From: Amoeboaphelidium protococcarum X5
Lineage: Eukaryota > Fungi > Aphelidiomycota
Assembly (NCBI GenBank): GCA_023515725.1
Contig: JALDTO010000200.1
Coordinates: forward strand, 248,001-312,000
Direction: 5' to 3'
DNA: 64,000 nucleotides
Part shown: positions 1 to 12,721 of the stretch, piece after piece
Layout of the letters: each line of letters begins with the position of its first letter
How positions within the stretch are numbered: the stretch's first letter is position 1
The notes under the pieces: model-generated
What the model was told of the DNA's origin: nothing
The model's database searches: none
Seen by the model: the letters and a program-made list of their open reading frames with translations, nothing else
Program-made: the position numbers and the translations under genes

Positions 1-425
1 AAAAATCTTATAGAACCTACCAAACAGCGAGACAATATAGGTATGAGACATTATGAAAGTATGAAGATGAAACATTCTGAGTTGCCTAACAACGGAAGCA
101 AAGGCGCCAATGTTTCATTCTTTACTCGCCCACATGGCTCGCCCGCTCTCTAAATCGTTATTTTTGACTGGAAAGGAACTCTGAAGCAGAGTTGAAGCTA
201 AGCTGAAGAATTGTTTTCTTTTATCGCCATTGATTTTTTGTGAATTGACCTCTTGTTAAATACTCTGGACATAGTTTAGCTTGTTTGATATTGATTATTG
301 CTTCTATTTCTAATTGATTCGGCAAGATATATCTAGTTGTAATTTGCATCAAGTGGGATAGTTGTATCATTTTGAGTATTTGATCAAATCTTATTGGAGA
401 TCAAAAGTATATTTATTTAGAGACA

Positions 426-3167
426 ATGAGCTCAGCAACTGCATTAAATTATAAAAGCAAGACATCGTCATTTGCCACTATATAAGGCAGTAGACCGAGT
501 AGTATGATTGACAATAGTAGCCATCTTGGAAATGTCAAGTCGATATTCTCTAGTTAGGAAGGTGTTAATACTGTTGTGGATAGAACTCAAGATATTAAAC
601 TCAAGGTGGCGTAAGCTCTGCTGAATAGTAATCTGAATTTGCTTGCCGCACTGTGTCTATGCACATTTGTGGGAGATGCTGCGGTGGCATTGTCTAATTC
701 TGTTATATCTCTTCTAAAGTAGATTGATGAAGACACTTCTGATAGATTTGTGCGGAGAGTGTTGCGAACAAAGACTTACATTTATGTTAGCAAAGGACGG
801 AGGATGGCTGATTTGCTCAGGGATAATTACATGTCAACTATGATCCTCACATCGTATACTAAATCCTTCGGTCACTAGTACTTGAAGAATGTACTCCAGA
901 GCCCAATGGACCAGGTGGGTGAGCTGATTTGTGAGCCTGTAGAGAGCCAGGATGAGGATGGAAATGTAGTCTAGCTCCGAATGTGTTCTGAGGAGAATAT
1001 TATTAAATGTTGTGAGCTATTTCTCTAAGCCATTCTGAAGAGTAAAGATAAGATGCCTAAAGAGTTTAGAAAGTTGTGTAATTATCTTAGAAATGAGATT
1101 GAATATTTTGAGACACATCCTCCTCCAAAGCCTCTGGAATCTCTTAAAGAGACTGCCGAAGACGAGGATGGACTCAGTAATCTTAAAGTGTAAAAAGGAC
1201 TCTATAGCACTAATAATAGTGGAAGTAAAGCATCCATAGCCGTCTCGTCTCTCAATGTAGGTAGTGGTGGCACGGTAAAGTCCAAGATTAACACCTTTGG
1301 AAAGAAGTTGTCAAGTATGCTCATGGGCAAAGCTTAGTCTGGTGGTAGTAGGCAGAATTCATCTAATCTGCAGAATATGTTCACCAAGTCTTCGAGGATG
1401 AGTCTGAGCCAGGATTAATCTTCTACTGGCGGCGATTCTCCCGCTTCTAGTCGGACTTCGACTAAGCTCAAGTCTAAGAAACATTAGAGTGCTGTGCCTG
1501 GTACTAGTGCTAGCGGTAGTGGTCCTTTTAATAATGATAAGAGTGATAGTCAGCCAGGAAGTAATCGTGTAAGTACTATCGTCAAAGCAGAGGAAGCAAA
1601 TTAGAATTCTCGTCCAAACAGCAAATTAGTTGATGTTACAGACAAGACATTACCTCCGATTACGAAGCAGCTGCCAGATGTTCCGCCTGCTGCAGAGAAT
1701 AGTGTCCCAGAAGTTCAGTCCGTGACAGCTGTGCATCCTAATAGATCTACAGATCTTCATTAGAATATTAGTGTAGACTCTGTTAATCACGACACGACTG
1801 TGGTAGTTGGTGACTGGAGTGGCAAATTGACAAAATTTGCAGATACTGTCACTTCTGAGTTGAGTCTTTTTAGAAGTGTCAGTCCTTCATAGGTGAACAA
1901 TTAAAGTGTTACTAATTTAGACTCTGGATCATCTCAAGATTTATCGCAATCCAAAGATAATTTGAATCTATAACAGACTGTGACTACTTAGACCAATTTA
2001 GGCCGTAGATTGTCTAGATAGAATGCAGTGGTGGTTCGTAAAAAGACTCGCAACATCAGTGCCCAGTCTGATAATAGTATCGGGTAACTCAATGGATCGG
2101 CGGCTGGAAGTAACTCTGCACCTAATATGGCAACTTTGAAGTACAAGATGTCTCAGAGGAAGTTGAAGTCTTAGAATGGCAGCAATGGAGAGTTACATTA
2201 GAAACTTCATGAGTCTAATGCTGCCATGCCCGCTTTAGCAGAGTCGTCTATCAATCATCATGAGCCTGGTATTTTGGCATCTATTGGAGAGGTTACTACT
2301 ACTGCTACTACTTAGCCAACATTTACCGAGTAGTAATTGCCACAGACCATCTATCACACTGCCATCGCGGATACTCAACCAACCGTGTCAGAGACTGTCG
2401 CCCAACTTCCAACTATATCAATTGATAACACTCAGGTGTCTTCTCAGTAAGAAGTAAGTCAGAATGTCCCTTAGGCAGATGATTTCTATCTGTCAGGATC
2501 TGAAAGAGTAATAGGTACCTTGATCTTTCTAAGATTTTTTGTACCAGCCATTACTGCTCCTGATACGTACAATATACTGAATTGGAAGATGACACCTGTT
2601 GCCAGAAAGGGCCTCATCTAAGTGGGAAAGATTCTGAATGGTTTCTGTAGTGATGCTGACTTTAAATTGAAAGAGCCTAATATGTAATCTATCACAACCT
2701 TCCTCGAGTCGCATAAAGGTGAAGTCAAACAGTTCATACAGTCTCTCACTGTGGAAATGCCCAGGTAGAGATCTAATACGGTGAACTAGAGACCCACTGG
2801 TCTATTTCTCCCGGATGGATCGCAGAAGAGAGTGGAGGCTGATGATCATATGCTGTTGTACTTATCGCGTTCCATTGGACGAATTGACTCGGATTTGGAC
2901 TCAATAGTTCCATCTCTACCTCAAGAGAATATCACTGGCGTGTATGAGAATTTCACAAAATTAAAAGCGGCTCTGTAGCCTCTTGTCGAGGAGGAGGAAG
3001 CGAACAGTGTCGGTGGCTCTGGCAAGATAGGTAAGGATGATAACTTGATATCGAGGCTCGGCAAGAGGATCAGTAATATTAGATTTTCATCCATCAACTC
3101 TGCATCGAATAAAAGTAGAGAAAATTTATCCACTGGCAACACTTTGAGTAATAATGATGTATAATGA
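426..3167 (+). CDS. Ras GTPase-activating protein (RasGAP) with a long Ser/Asn/Thr-rich insertion
   Basis: Open frame with TAR=Gln, ATG 426 to TGA 3165-3167. Contains LLRDNYMSTMILTSYTKSFGHQYLKNVL (arginine-finger region), KMPKEFRKLCNYLR and the RasGAP signature LIFLRFFVPAITAP. Confidence 0.85.
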
Positions 3168-3194
3168 AGTTTTTGTATTAGACTTTTGATTGAC

Positions 3195-4265
3195 ATGGCT
3201 TTACTCTTCTTTAGTACAGCGTTCTCTCTTACAAAATTGGACACACTTTACGATTAAATGGCTGGCAAGTAGAAGATTTATTATCTTGTGGCGTCTTATG
3301 ATGATCTATCAGAAGATACATTGTTGAAAATTTGCAATCTGATTTGTCACTGCGTGTAATAGTATCGATAGAAGACATATGTCTACCTGGACATCAAGTT
3401 AATGGAGGAGATGGCGTAACATCCGGTGGTCAGCTTTGACCGTGTTCAGTAATTTATAGGGCGGGTATACTTTAACTGCTGTAAATGGATATATCAGAAT
3501 TTTGGATTAAATGAATAAATATGCCTCTTACTTCCTAATATTCATTGCTCTATGGAATAATATTTGCAAAGGCTGTAACAGAGATTCCAAGTATAATCAG
3601 TGCTGACTAATGGCCAAGAATGCGTTCCATCATAATTATTGGACTTTGATGTGATTCAAGTATAAGCTTAATGCGAACTTATTCCCAATATAACACTTAA
3701 TGATATGAATGGACCTATTTAAACATCAGATTATAAAGATTTGCGAATTCGACACGTTGCATTGGGTGGTACGTTTGATCATTTACACGCTGGACATCAC
3801 ATTCTGCTGAGTATGGCTTGCTGGCTCAGCGATGAACAAGTAACTGTCGGAATCTCAGATGAGTCCATGGTTTCTAACAAAAAGTATAAACAAGTTCTTT
3901 AATCGCTTGGGTAACGAATCTAATCTGTCAAAGATTACTTGGACATTATTACCTCGCCTCATTTATCTGTACGAGTCTTGCCAATCCATGATCCTTACGG
4001 TCCTACTGTAAACGCTCCTTCAATTGACGCGCTTGTTGTCTCTACTGAGACTCTTGCTGGTGGAGTTAAAGGTATTTGTGATGTTTTACAATGACGAACA
4101 ATCTTATGCCTTATTCATGTAGTTAATGAAAAGAGAGCAGAAGCTGGATATGGGCCATTGACTATTTTCGCTGTAAGTAGGCTAGAAGATTCTAGTGCGG
4201 AAGGTGATAATCAACGATTTGAGATTAGCTCCACTTTCATAAGGAGACAACTTGCTAATAATTGA
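3195..4265 (+). CDS. CAB4: Phosphopantetheine adenylyltransferase (CoA biosynthesis)
   Basis: Motifs VALGGTFDHLHAGH, IHDPYGP, ALVVSTET and ISSTFIR; one GT-AG intron at ~4072-4122. Confidence 0.9.
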
Positions 4266-4573
4266 ACGTAGAACGTGGTATTTGACGACTTGCTATACTG
4301 TATGATAAGTTTTTTTTACAGATCTTGGGTCAATGAATTCGATGGTACACTCTTGTGAAAATTCTTATTTTGTCATGGCCTGCCTCTGCGCATCAATATT
4401 GACGCGTCTTCTTGGTCGAGTTCAGTTTACACATTGAAACTCCATACCATTATTGACTGACACGCTTTCAGCAGTTTCAGCTCTTGAAACAGACACGAGA
4501 TTTTGTTTCAATAATTTCATCCTGGTGCTGTTACAAAGTGAATTCTTTTAGTGGGCACTCTGCAAGTCATATC

Positions 4574-5553
4574 ATGTTTCAAGACTATCCCTTGGAGGAG
4601 ATATTTGTAATAAGTGGGTATGAGGAGTCGCAGTCTGACCGCCTGATATGCGATGAAGACTTTGAGTTCGACGCACCTTAATACTTCAATTTCAATGAAC
4701 TGAGATAATTGTTTGAAAACTGTGGATATGATTCTATGACATAATATCTTTCACAGTAAATTTGTATTAAGCTATCTCGATCTAAGACTTACAATTCAAA
4801 TAAGGTAGATAAAACAAGGAACATGAAGACTGGTTTTAGCGCGATCATCCGGAGCATGAAAGGGAGTTCTAGCCAGAGCCAGTGAATCTTCTCCGATCTG
4901 ACTCCGATAATGAAGATAATGAAAATGAGGTCTCTGAAAATCAATATCTATCTCAATTTGCTGCCTCCTTTGCTGAAGAGTTAACATTAAACGATAAAGA
5001 CGCTGATCATGCAGTTGATGGTAAGATAGCTGAGGCGGACACAACCTTGAAATCCTCATCTAGTTAGAGAACGACAGCCACGTTAACAGCTTCCATAACG
5101 CGACCTGGCCTGCAAGAGAAGACTAAACCACTGGCAATACCTAAGCTGTCAATGAAAACTAAGAGTGTGTGTCCATTAGATGACTAACGCGAAAGAGCCT
5201 AAATTTCAAACTCTATAACTCTTAGAAATAGGAATCATGGACACATTGCTAAAACCGCTAACAAGGAGAATAAGAAAATGCTAAGTTGTAAGATGCCATA
5301 AAAGGCACCAACTGAGTAGTAGATCATGTAACTCATAGAGAAGCACAACAAGTAAGCGCGAAAAGCTCGCGTGTAGTAAGTTTTAACTGCTGGGAAGTAA
5401 GCTCTAGCAAGGTCATAACGAGTATTGGCCAATAAACCGTCAGACAATAATTCTCATACCAAGTAGTCAAACAAGCATTAGTAGACTCAAGTCAATAAAT
5501 GTCAGATAAATCAGAAAGAGGTGGTGCAAGTTCGTGATACGCAATATACTTGA
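4574..5553 (+). CDS. TPX2-like protein (Aurora-A-binding N-terminal motifs)
   Basis: DFEFDAPQYFNF followed, after an intron at ~4756-4805, by EDWFQRDHPEHE; basic, Gln-rich tail ends at TGA 5551-5553. Confidence 0.55.
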
Positions 5554-5596
5554 CATTTTATCGATCCCATCCTTTTTATCATCAGCGAAGAATACA

Positions 5597-6389
5597 ATGA
5601 TCAGATCATTACGCGTTCCATTTACATCGAAATGCTAGCTTTTTAACGTATCTACGTTAAGGTGCTATGCAAAGAAGCAGAAAAATGCTGCCAAGATATA
5701 AGATGCCACTACCGCTGGACCTTCATATGATCAAAGTGTCTATGATATCAAGGTCACCAATGCGATATCAAAACTTCGTGACGATTTGATGAGGATAAGA
5801 GTCGGTCGTGCCAATCCAAGTAAGCATATTTTTTATATAAACGAAACTTATGATAAATCTCGCTTTATGGCTTTGTAGATATTATTGACAAGATTAAAGT
5901 CCCGGTTGATGGAAGATTGTAGAACCTTGTTAGTATCGCGTAAATTGCAGTCAAAGATCCGCAGACTTTGAACGTGATTGCTCCAACTAAACAGTACTCC
6001 ATTGCAATTGATAAAGCTATCCGGGAAGCCAATTTAAACTTGAATCCTCAAGTTCTAAGCGATACCGTCGTCAAGGTGCCTATCCCAAAGTAAGCTTGTA
6101 ATTATATATGTATCACCGCATATATCATGTCCAGTTTGTGTCATTATAATGTAGAATGAGTGGAGAGTAGAGGAAAACTCTGATCAAATCTCTCAATCAG
6201 ACGGCTGAACAGTATCGGAACATTTTGAGATCCATCCGATAAGACGCGCGTAAAGCTATGAAGAGAGACGCCAGCTTAACTACAAACGATCTTAAGCGTT
6301 TGGAAAATGCGTTTTAGAAAGTTATAGATTCCAACAACTAGACTATTGACAAATTGATAGAGGCAAAGTCGAAAGAGTTACAGTAATGA
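5597..6389 (+). CDS. RRF1: Mitochondrial ribosome recycling factor
   Basis: IRVGRANP, AIDKAIREANLNLNP and VKVPIPK motifs; two short introns; basic N-terminus resembling a targeting peptide. Confidence 0.9.
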
Positions 6390-6513
6390 AGTATGAATCT
6401 TTTTCCCCTTCTCCCATCTTTTCTTCCCCTTCTGTGTCTCGTCGTATTGTTCAAATTTAGTTCTCTTTTTGCCACAATCCATACAAGATTAATTCTAGTG
6501 CAAGCACAGTATT

Positions 6514-7089
6514 ATGGATATTAGATAGGCAACGGTATTATTATCATATTTTATCTTCCGCAAATTTATATTATTTATTTTGTAGATTAACGATCTCATG
6601 GCGATTCAAAATTGCAATCTGAGTAATCTCCCAGAGAACTACCAGATGAAATATTATTTTTACCACGCATTATCCTGGCCTCAGCTTTCGTACGTGGCTG
6701 TTGATGATAAAGATAGAGTTGTGGGTTATGTCTTGGCCAAAATGGAGGATGAGCCTGGTGAGGAACCGCATGGGCATATTACATCTCTCGCCGTGATGAG
6801 GACATATCGAAGACTTGGACTGGCCGAGAAACTGATGACATAGTCTTGTAAGTGATGACCGATTTTAGTTCATGAGATTATTAATGTTAGTTGCAATATT
6901 GTGCATATGTGTGTAGAGAAAGCTATGAAAGAGTGTTTTGGAGCTCATTATGTGTCGCTTCACGTTCGTAAGAGCAATAGAGCCGCGTTAAGCTTGTACC
7001 GTGATACTTTGAAATTCAGTGTAAACGACGTGGAAAAGAAGTATTACGCAGATGGCGAAGATGCTTACATGATGAAGAAAGTATTATGA
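6514..7089 (+). CDS. NAA10: N-terminal acetyltransferase A catalytic subunit
   Basis: [22 protein letters not shown] and [10 protein letters not shown]; introns at 6535-6585 and 6848-6916. Confidence 0.97.
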
Positions 7090-7323
7090 TTTTGAATTAT
7101 AAAGCTTTTATGTTCATCAGTTGAAGTTTTTTAATATATTTGAAAGTGGATACGTACGACGCGTCTAAAGTTTAATGAAGCTTATTCGATTATAGCCGTT
7201 CTGAATATTTCAAGTAGTTTCATCTGAACAGCAAAAACCACCATACTTATTCGTTCAAATTCTGTTTCACCTGATGTCTCCTCATTCGAGATTTATCTTT
7301 AATTTATTATCAGAATCTGTATA

Positions 7324-7687
7324 ATGGATCAGTTTAAATAATTCTAAAGCTGCTTCTTATGTCCGATATGGTAAGCTTATCCATTTTGAGTTGAACATAA
7401 ATCATTACTTAATCTCTCTGTAATGGTCAATTGTACGAAGACGCGTTTACCACTTTATGTTTTCATACGTTCTGCAGGTAAGTTGGTTTGATAAGTTAAG
7501 TCCTTAACGTGAAACTATCATATGATAATAATGTTATTGTAGATGTTGCCTGACAAGTGCAGTACACCGTCATGGAAAATGTCCATAGTGCTAGCAAACG
7601 CTGAGATTGCAAGATTGTATGAAAGATGATTTCTATCAGCAACTGGTGAAGCAAATCAAAACGCTGAAACAGAATTTACGAAAGTGA
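7324..7687 (+). CDS. Small C3HC4 RING-finger protein (COP1-RING-like); first intron needs a non-canonical acceptor
   Basis: Spliced reading gives CPICGQLYEDAFTTLCFHTFCRCCLTSAVHRHGKCPQC; introns at 7371-7423 (GT..AA) and 7478-7542 (GT..AG). Confidence 0.7.
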
Positions 7688-7706
7688 AACGGTGGCTCTT
7701 ACTTGA

Positions 7707-8720
7707 TCATAATGTACTCAATTGACTCAGAATATCATTACATCTGTGCGTACCTTAACTTTTATCACTAAGTAATTAAAATACACGTTCATTCTTGGTC
7801 AAAAGAAGACCAGCATAACCCAATGCGTTTATAGAAATTGACTCCTCAAAGCCTTCAATCTTTGCACACTCTGCTTGCCTTGCAACGATCAACAACCAAC
7901 GTTCAGTCATCAATAGATTAAATGAATTTCCAGCTTCAGTTATACCGCACTATGCAAGTGCGCGTTAATACTCGTCAAAAGGATTAGTTTTAGAGTAGTT
8001 TCCCACAAAATAATGTTTTATCTCCAGCGCGGTAAATATCGGAATCTAACTTCCGTTAGAACTATTCATATGCCACAGATAATCATCTAATGGAACATGA
8101 CTAAACATCTTCATGTTATTTCTATCGTCACAACAGAAAGGTAGAAACTAAACATGTCTATGCGCTTGAGACGCGCCACTTTAAACACCGCAGTTAAAAA
8201 AACAAAGCCATTTTATATTGTCGTATTATTCACCATCAAATGTTAAAGATCTGGGAGCAACTTAATACCATTTCATTACGGCATCAAAATCGTCTACATC
8301 CATCCCAGAATGTTGATTGCGGAACTCTACAAACTCATAGATCGTTAATAAAATAATTCATATCAATTTCAAATCATTACCTTTAGTGACAATTAGCACA
8401 TGATGAGGGACAATGGCAAACTTGTTAAATAACACTCTATGGCTCTGAGTGAAATCGTAGTCGATAACGAGTTACGGTGAAGGTTGAATGAATGGAGACT
8501 TTGCCACTTCATCATTTGAATTTGAGTATTTTGCAATAGAAGTATCAGATTAAAACGATGGAGATGAAGCCTACTACTTCTTAGCCAATGATTATGCCAA
8601 TCGAACTTGATATTTCAAAGCATTTGCTTATGGTGAATGTCTAAAGCATTTAGATTCAATCTAAATCAAATCTCCACCAAGTATCGCGGCCAGTCTTTTA
8701 CTCTCAAGTACCTTTTGCAT
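7707..8720 (-). CDS. APA1: ATP adenylyltransferase / Ap4A phosphorylase
   Basis: VLFNKFAIVPHHVLIVTK, FFNCGVQSGASQAHRHVQF and SINALGYAGLLL; one intron. Confidence 0.9.
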
Positions 8721-8890
8721 TGAATTTTCCTGAGGTGAAATAATCTCAAGAGATGATCTAATCTATTTTGTTTACTTTCAATCTTCAAAAGCACTTGATC
8801 AACACGCGATCACGGCTTTTCATCTATTGAGATACAGGCTGGATAATCTAAAATTAATCAAATTCTGTAATTTATACTCATATCATCATA

Positions 8891-9271
8891 ATGCCGAAAT
8901 AAGTCTAGAAATAAAAGTTTAAATCTAAAGGTGGACGAAGGAAATAGAAAATTGTGGAGGAGGTGAAGTGGGATCCAATGACGCGTAAAGAGTATCTCAC
9001 AGGATTCCATAAGCGTAAATTGGAACGGTAGAAGAAGTATGAGAAGAAGAAGGAACTAATACTAAAGGAGGAACGTGCAGCCATCCGCAAGATGAAAAAG
9101 GAACAGATATAAGAGTACATTGACAAGATAAAAGAGATTGAACATTATGAAGAAGAACAAGGTGGGGACGGTGATGATGATCAGGATAATACTTCAAAAG
9201 CCTTGCAAGAAGATTAAGAGTTTGAGACCCACTCCAACATTGTAACGGTAAGCACAATAGAATTGCTATGA
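8891..9271 (+). CDS. RRP17: rRNA-processing protein Rrp17/Nop25
   Basis: Family motif RKEYLTGFHKRK. Confidence 0.9.
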
Positions 9272-9495
9272 AATCTCCATACTAATATATTTGTATTTTC
9301 TCAAATTGTTACTCATATTTATCTATCTATCTTTCTATCGTCAATCGTTTAGTGTTGGTGATAATGCTCCTGCTGAACTTTCTGATGGATTTTCTCGCGT
9401 CGATTCTCAGTCGACTTTCTCTTGTCTTTCAACCACCGTTAAATCTCAGTGTTAAGTAGCCATTCCATTCCATCTTATTTTGTACCTTTAAAAAA

Positions 9496-10067
9496 ATGAA
9501 CACTGCAGCTGATAGAGTAAAAGAGCATTCAAAGCAAGCCTGTACGTTGGCGAAGAAGTTTGTAAAAGAGTATTACTCGCTTCAAGATGGAGACCAAAAT
9601 AATCGATTGGTAACTGTTAATCCACCATACTTTAATATTCAAAAACTATTTATTAATGATAATTTGCTCGAAATTAGTAGGAATTGATAAGGGTTAGTTA
9701 CAATGCTGGAAGTGCTGTTGTTTACAATGGGAATGTGATTAATGTTGGTGCGAATGAACTCTCGAAATATCTTACAGATCTCCCTCCCACAAGGCATTAC
9801 ATAGACTCAATCGATGCTCAGCCTTTGTTAAGTAAAAATTACTCCTAAATTTAATTCCAGTGGATAGTAAATACAATATGAGAGTGTATAATGTGTGTAG
9901 ATAAAGAAATTAATGTGGAAAGTGTGATGGTAACCGTGAGTGGAAGTGTTACTTATGGTCGAGATCCTAAAACTGCTGTGACGCGTCTATTTACTTAGAA
10001 ATTCGTTATTAAGCCATTAGGTATGGACGCGGCTACAATAGAAAGTGATGCATTTAGATTTACGTGA
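9496..10067 (+). CDS. NXT1: NTF2-related export protein
   Basis: AKKFVKEYY, VVYNGN, LPPTRHYIDSIDAQP, VTVSGSV and RLFTQKF; two introns. Confidence 0.8.
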
Positions 10068-10188
10068 TGAACTTCGTATTGTTAAATATCAATCTATTCT
10101 TCTTTCCCATCTGTCACCACCATGGTCATGTATTTTAACTCATCGTATAAATCATACGACATCCCAATCATCATTCATACTCAAATTT

Positions 10189-11142
10189 TCAAACGAAAAT
10201 GTCGTCTACATTGTCCCAATCGTCTTCAGTGATACTATCCCAGAACCTATATACAAAAATGATGGCTGCCAGATTGCACAGGGTGGCAAACATTGTGCCG
10301 TCCACATTGCCACTAGTGCCTTGACAGATGGTTACATTGAGGACGAACATCATCACCTACGATAGGATGATAAAGAGAAGAGCAACGTACAGATTGATCA
10401 GTGGTTTCTATTCGCCGAGATTCTTGGCCACCAGCACCGTCTGTAATATCACGTATATCACTGTGAACACGATAGGTAGCAGCAAGTAGACCACAAATAG
10501 AGCGATACTGTCAGTGCCAGACGACAAAGAGCCGCCGAGTAGACGTACAGACGATGCAGCGTCCAGCGCAATAATGGAAACACCAGCTGTTATAGCGGCA
10601 CCACTCAACAGAATACTGAAGAAGCTCAGCGGAGATCCATCTTCAACCAGCTGATAACCTACAGCACCGTTCAGCATAAGGATCCAGAAAGTGCCCACAA
10701 TGAATCCAATCTATATTCCGCTGATGATCTGGTTGATTGATTCTGCAAGTAAGAATCCACCAGTGGTGATTACCTAGAGACACATTGTGACAAAGTACCA
10801 GCCAAATAAAAGATTCATCTCCTTCCTGCCGACTGCAGCATACTTTGTGAATGCTCGATAAACCATGATTAATACCAGCAGAGCACTGATTGCGCTTATT
10901 GCAACATCGCCAAGATTTCGATACGAATTGGAGTTGATTTAAAATGTCTTCAACTCGCACTGCACACTTCTAGCCGAGATTAACGTATTTGGCTGATCAG
11001 ATAAAGTGGCCTAGGTGGTGTTATCAGTCTACTACTATCCCAATAATGCCTCTGTGCTGTTATAGAAAAACAATGAGCACGCAGGAAGCAGTGCTTCATT
11101 GCAGAGCTAGAGGAAGCCTCCAAACTAAACGCCATTCAACAT
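10189..11142 (-). CDS. CHS7: Chitin synthase export chaperone
   Basis: Multi-pass membrane protein with FWILMLNGAVGYQLVEDGSPLS and C-terminal WDSITEDDW. Confidence 0.9.
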
Positions 11143-11643
11143 TGATGTACTGCTTTTTAATGAATAGTCCTGTTATAATTTCTAAAGATTTGATTTTAAT
11201 TTAAATACCGCAGTATACGGCAATGTATGTATTTATTTAACTCTAGGAATTTTACAATCAAACACTAAAGGTAATATAAGTGAAAGGGCAGGCAATCTTT
11301 ACTGCGTTATCAAATCACGTGGGATAAAAATAGCCACTTGGCAACGGCTGAACAACGTTAACATTGCTCTGATTGGAACGCAATGAAGGACTCAAGTTAC
11401 ATCTATTTCTGATTTCCATGATGTAATATCTCAGTCAGAGTTTGATGATTTCTCGAAAAATATAATTATGGTAAAGTGCTGACTAATTTAATTTTCCAAA
11501 AAAATTAGACTAACAACTTACATGTGATCCGTTTGATATTGATTACGCCCTTTTTAAATGTTTCAATCCATCACTCGCGGTGACCGCGTATCGCAAAGGG
11601 ATACTTCTCTACAGCTGCTCCTCTGCGCTCTAATGTAACCTTA

Positions 11644-11715
11644 CTTGAAGCTCCACCACTCTAATCAGAGCGACGGGGCTTGAAGCTCCACCACTCTAAT
11701 CAGAGCGACGGGGCT
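11644..11715. repeat. Perfect 35-bp tandem duplication
   Basis: CTTGAAGCTCCACCACTCTAATCAGAGCGACGGGG occurs twice head-to-tail. Confidence 0.95.
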
Positions 11716-11977
11716 ATATTCGACCAACAGCAAATTGTAAAACACGATCTGAAAACAGTTGTCCTTATGATCAGGGATCCATACAAAAGTGAAAGCAATT
11801 GGGAGCCTTTTGATTGGAGCCCAGTTCCAACGTGAATCATTAAACACGAGATAAAAACTGCTGATTTTGAAACTCAACTAGAATTACATTCTTCTTCTTC
11901 TTCACATCTATCTAAGAATTCTCGTTCATACCTCTTAACAATAATCAGCTTATACCGCGTCTCAATTCTCTATCAAA

Positions 11978-12490
11978 ATGCTTAAATATCTGTTAACTTT
12001 GGCTTCCGTCACCTACTTGTCTTCCGCTCTGGCCACTTCTGGTGATGTTACATTCAAATTGGTCGATAAGCTCACGCCTGGTCTGAACTTTTGCTCTTTT
12101 CCTGACGCTGATAATGATATTAAGCTGGGCGGTCCTTTGGATGAGGTTCGCAAGTTCTCTTATTGTGTTGACAGCAATTCCACCTATAATCTGAAGCCTG
12201 ATGGCGCCTTGTTTCTCAATGGCAAGCGCGTGAATGTCGGTGGCTTGGACAAGATCAAAGTTGGCACCAAGCAGTACCTGGTCTTTGATGACAAGTCTAC
12301 GCGTCAGTTCAAGATTGTCAATGGCAACTCGCTGCAAGATGTTCACACAGGGCTATTCGTCGCCATGCTTGATCAGCATGCTGGTTTGAATGACTATCCA
12401 AAGCCATGGAAGGCTACTGTGGTTTCTGTAAGTGCCTCTGCTTCAGACAAAGATGTTATCAACGCTGTCAACTCTGCTCCTTCTGCTTGA
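11978..12490 (+). CDS. Small putative secreted protein of unknown function (170 aa)
   Basis: Intronless ORF ending in TGA; N-terminus MLKYLLTLASVTYLSSALA resembles a signal peptide; no family recognised. Confidence 0.75.
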   Translation: MLKYLLTLASVTYLSSALATSGDVTFKLVDKLTPGLNFCSFPDADNDIKLGGPLDEVRKFSYCVDSNSTYNLKPDGALFLNGKRVNVGGLDKIKVGTKQYLVFDDKSTRQFKIVNGNSLQDVHTGLFVAMLDQHAGLNDYPKPWKATVVSVSASASDKDVINAVNSAPSA

Positions 12491-12721
12491 GCCTGATTCC
12501 AATTAGTCTTTGGCTACAATTATATAATTTTATCACGAATGAATACCGAAAATAGATTACGAATTTTCTAAATGTTTTAATTTGTATTACGAATTTTGTT
12601 ATAATTCTTTAGCAATAACATCTCATACTGACTCTCACAGTGCAGTTTGTGTGTCTCAGACGAGTTCAATTCGCCTCTCTTCGTCGCGTCAAAAACTGAA
12701 AGCGAAAATTATAACGTCCAA

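Noticed and set aside
11644-11715. 35-bp repeat as a CRISPR array
   Set aside because: Only two directly adjacent units, no spacers, eukaryotic context and no cas genes.
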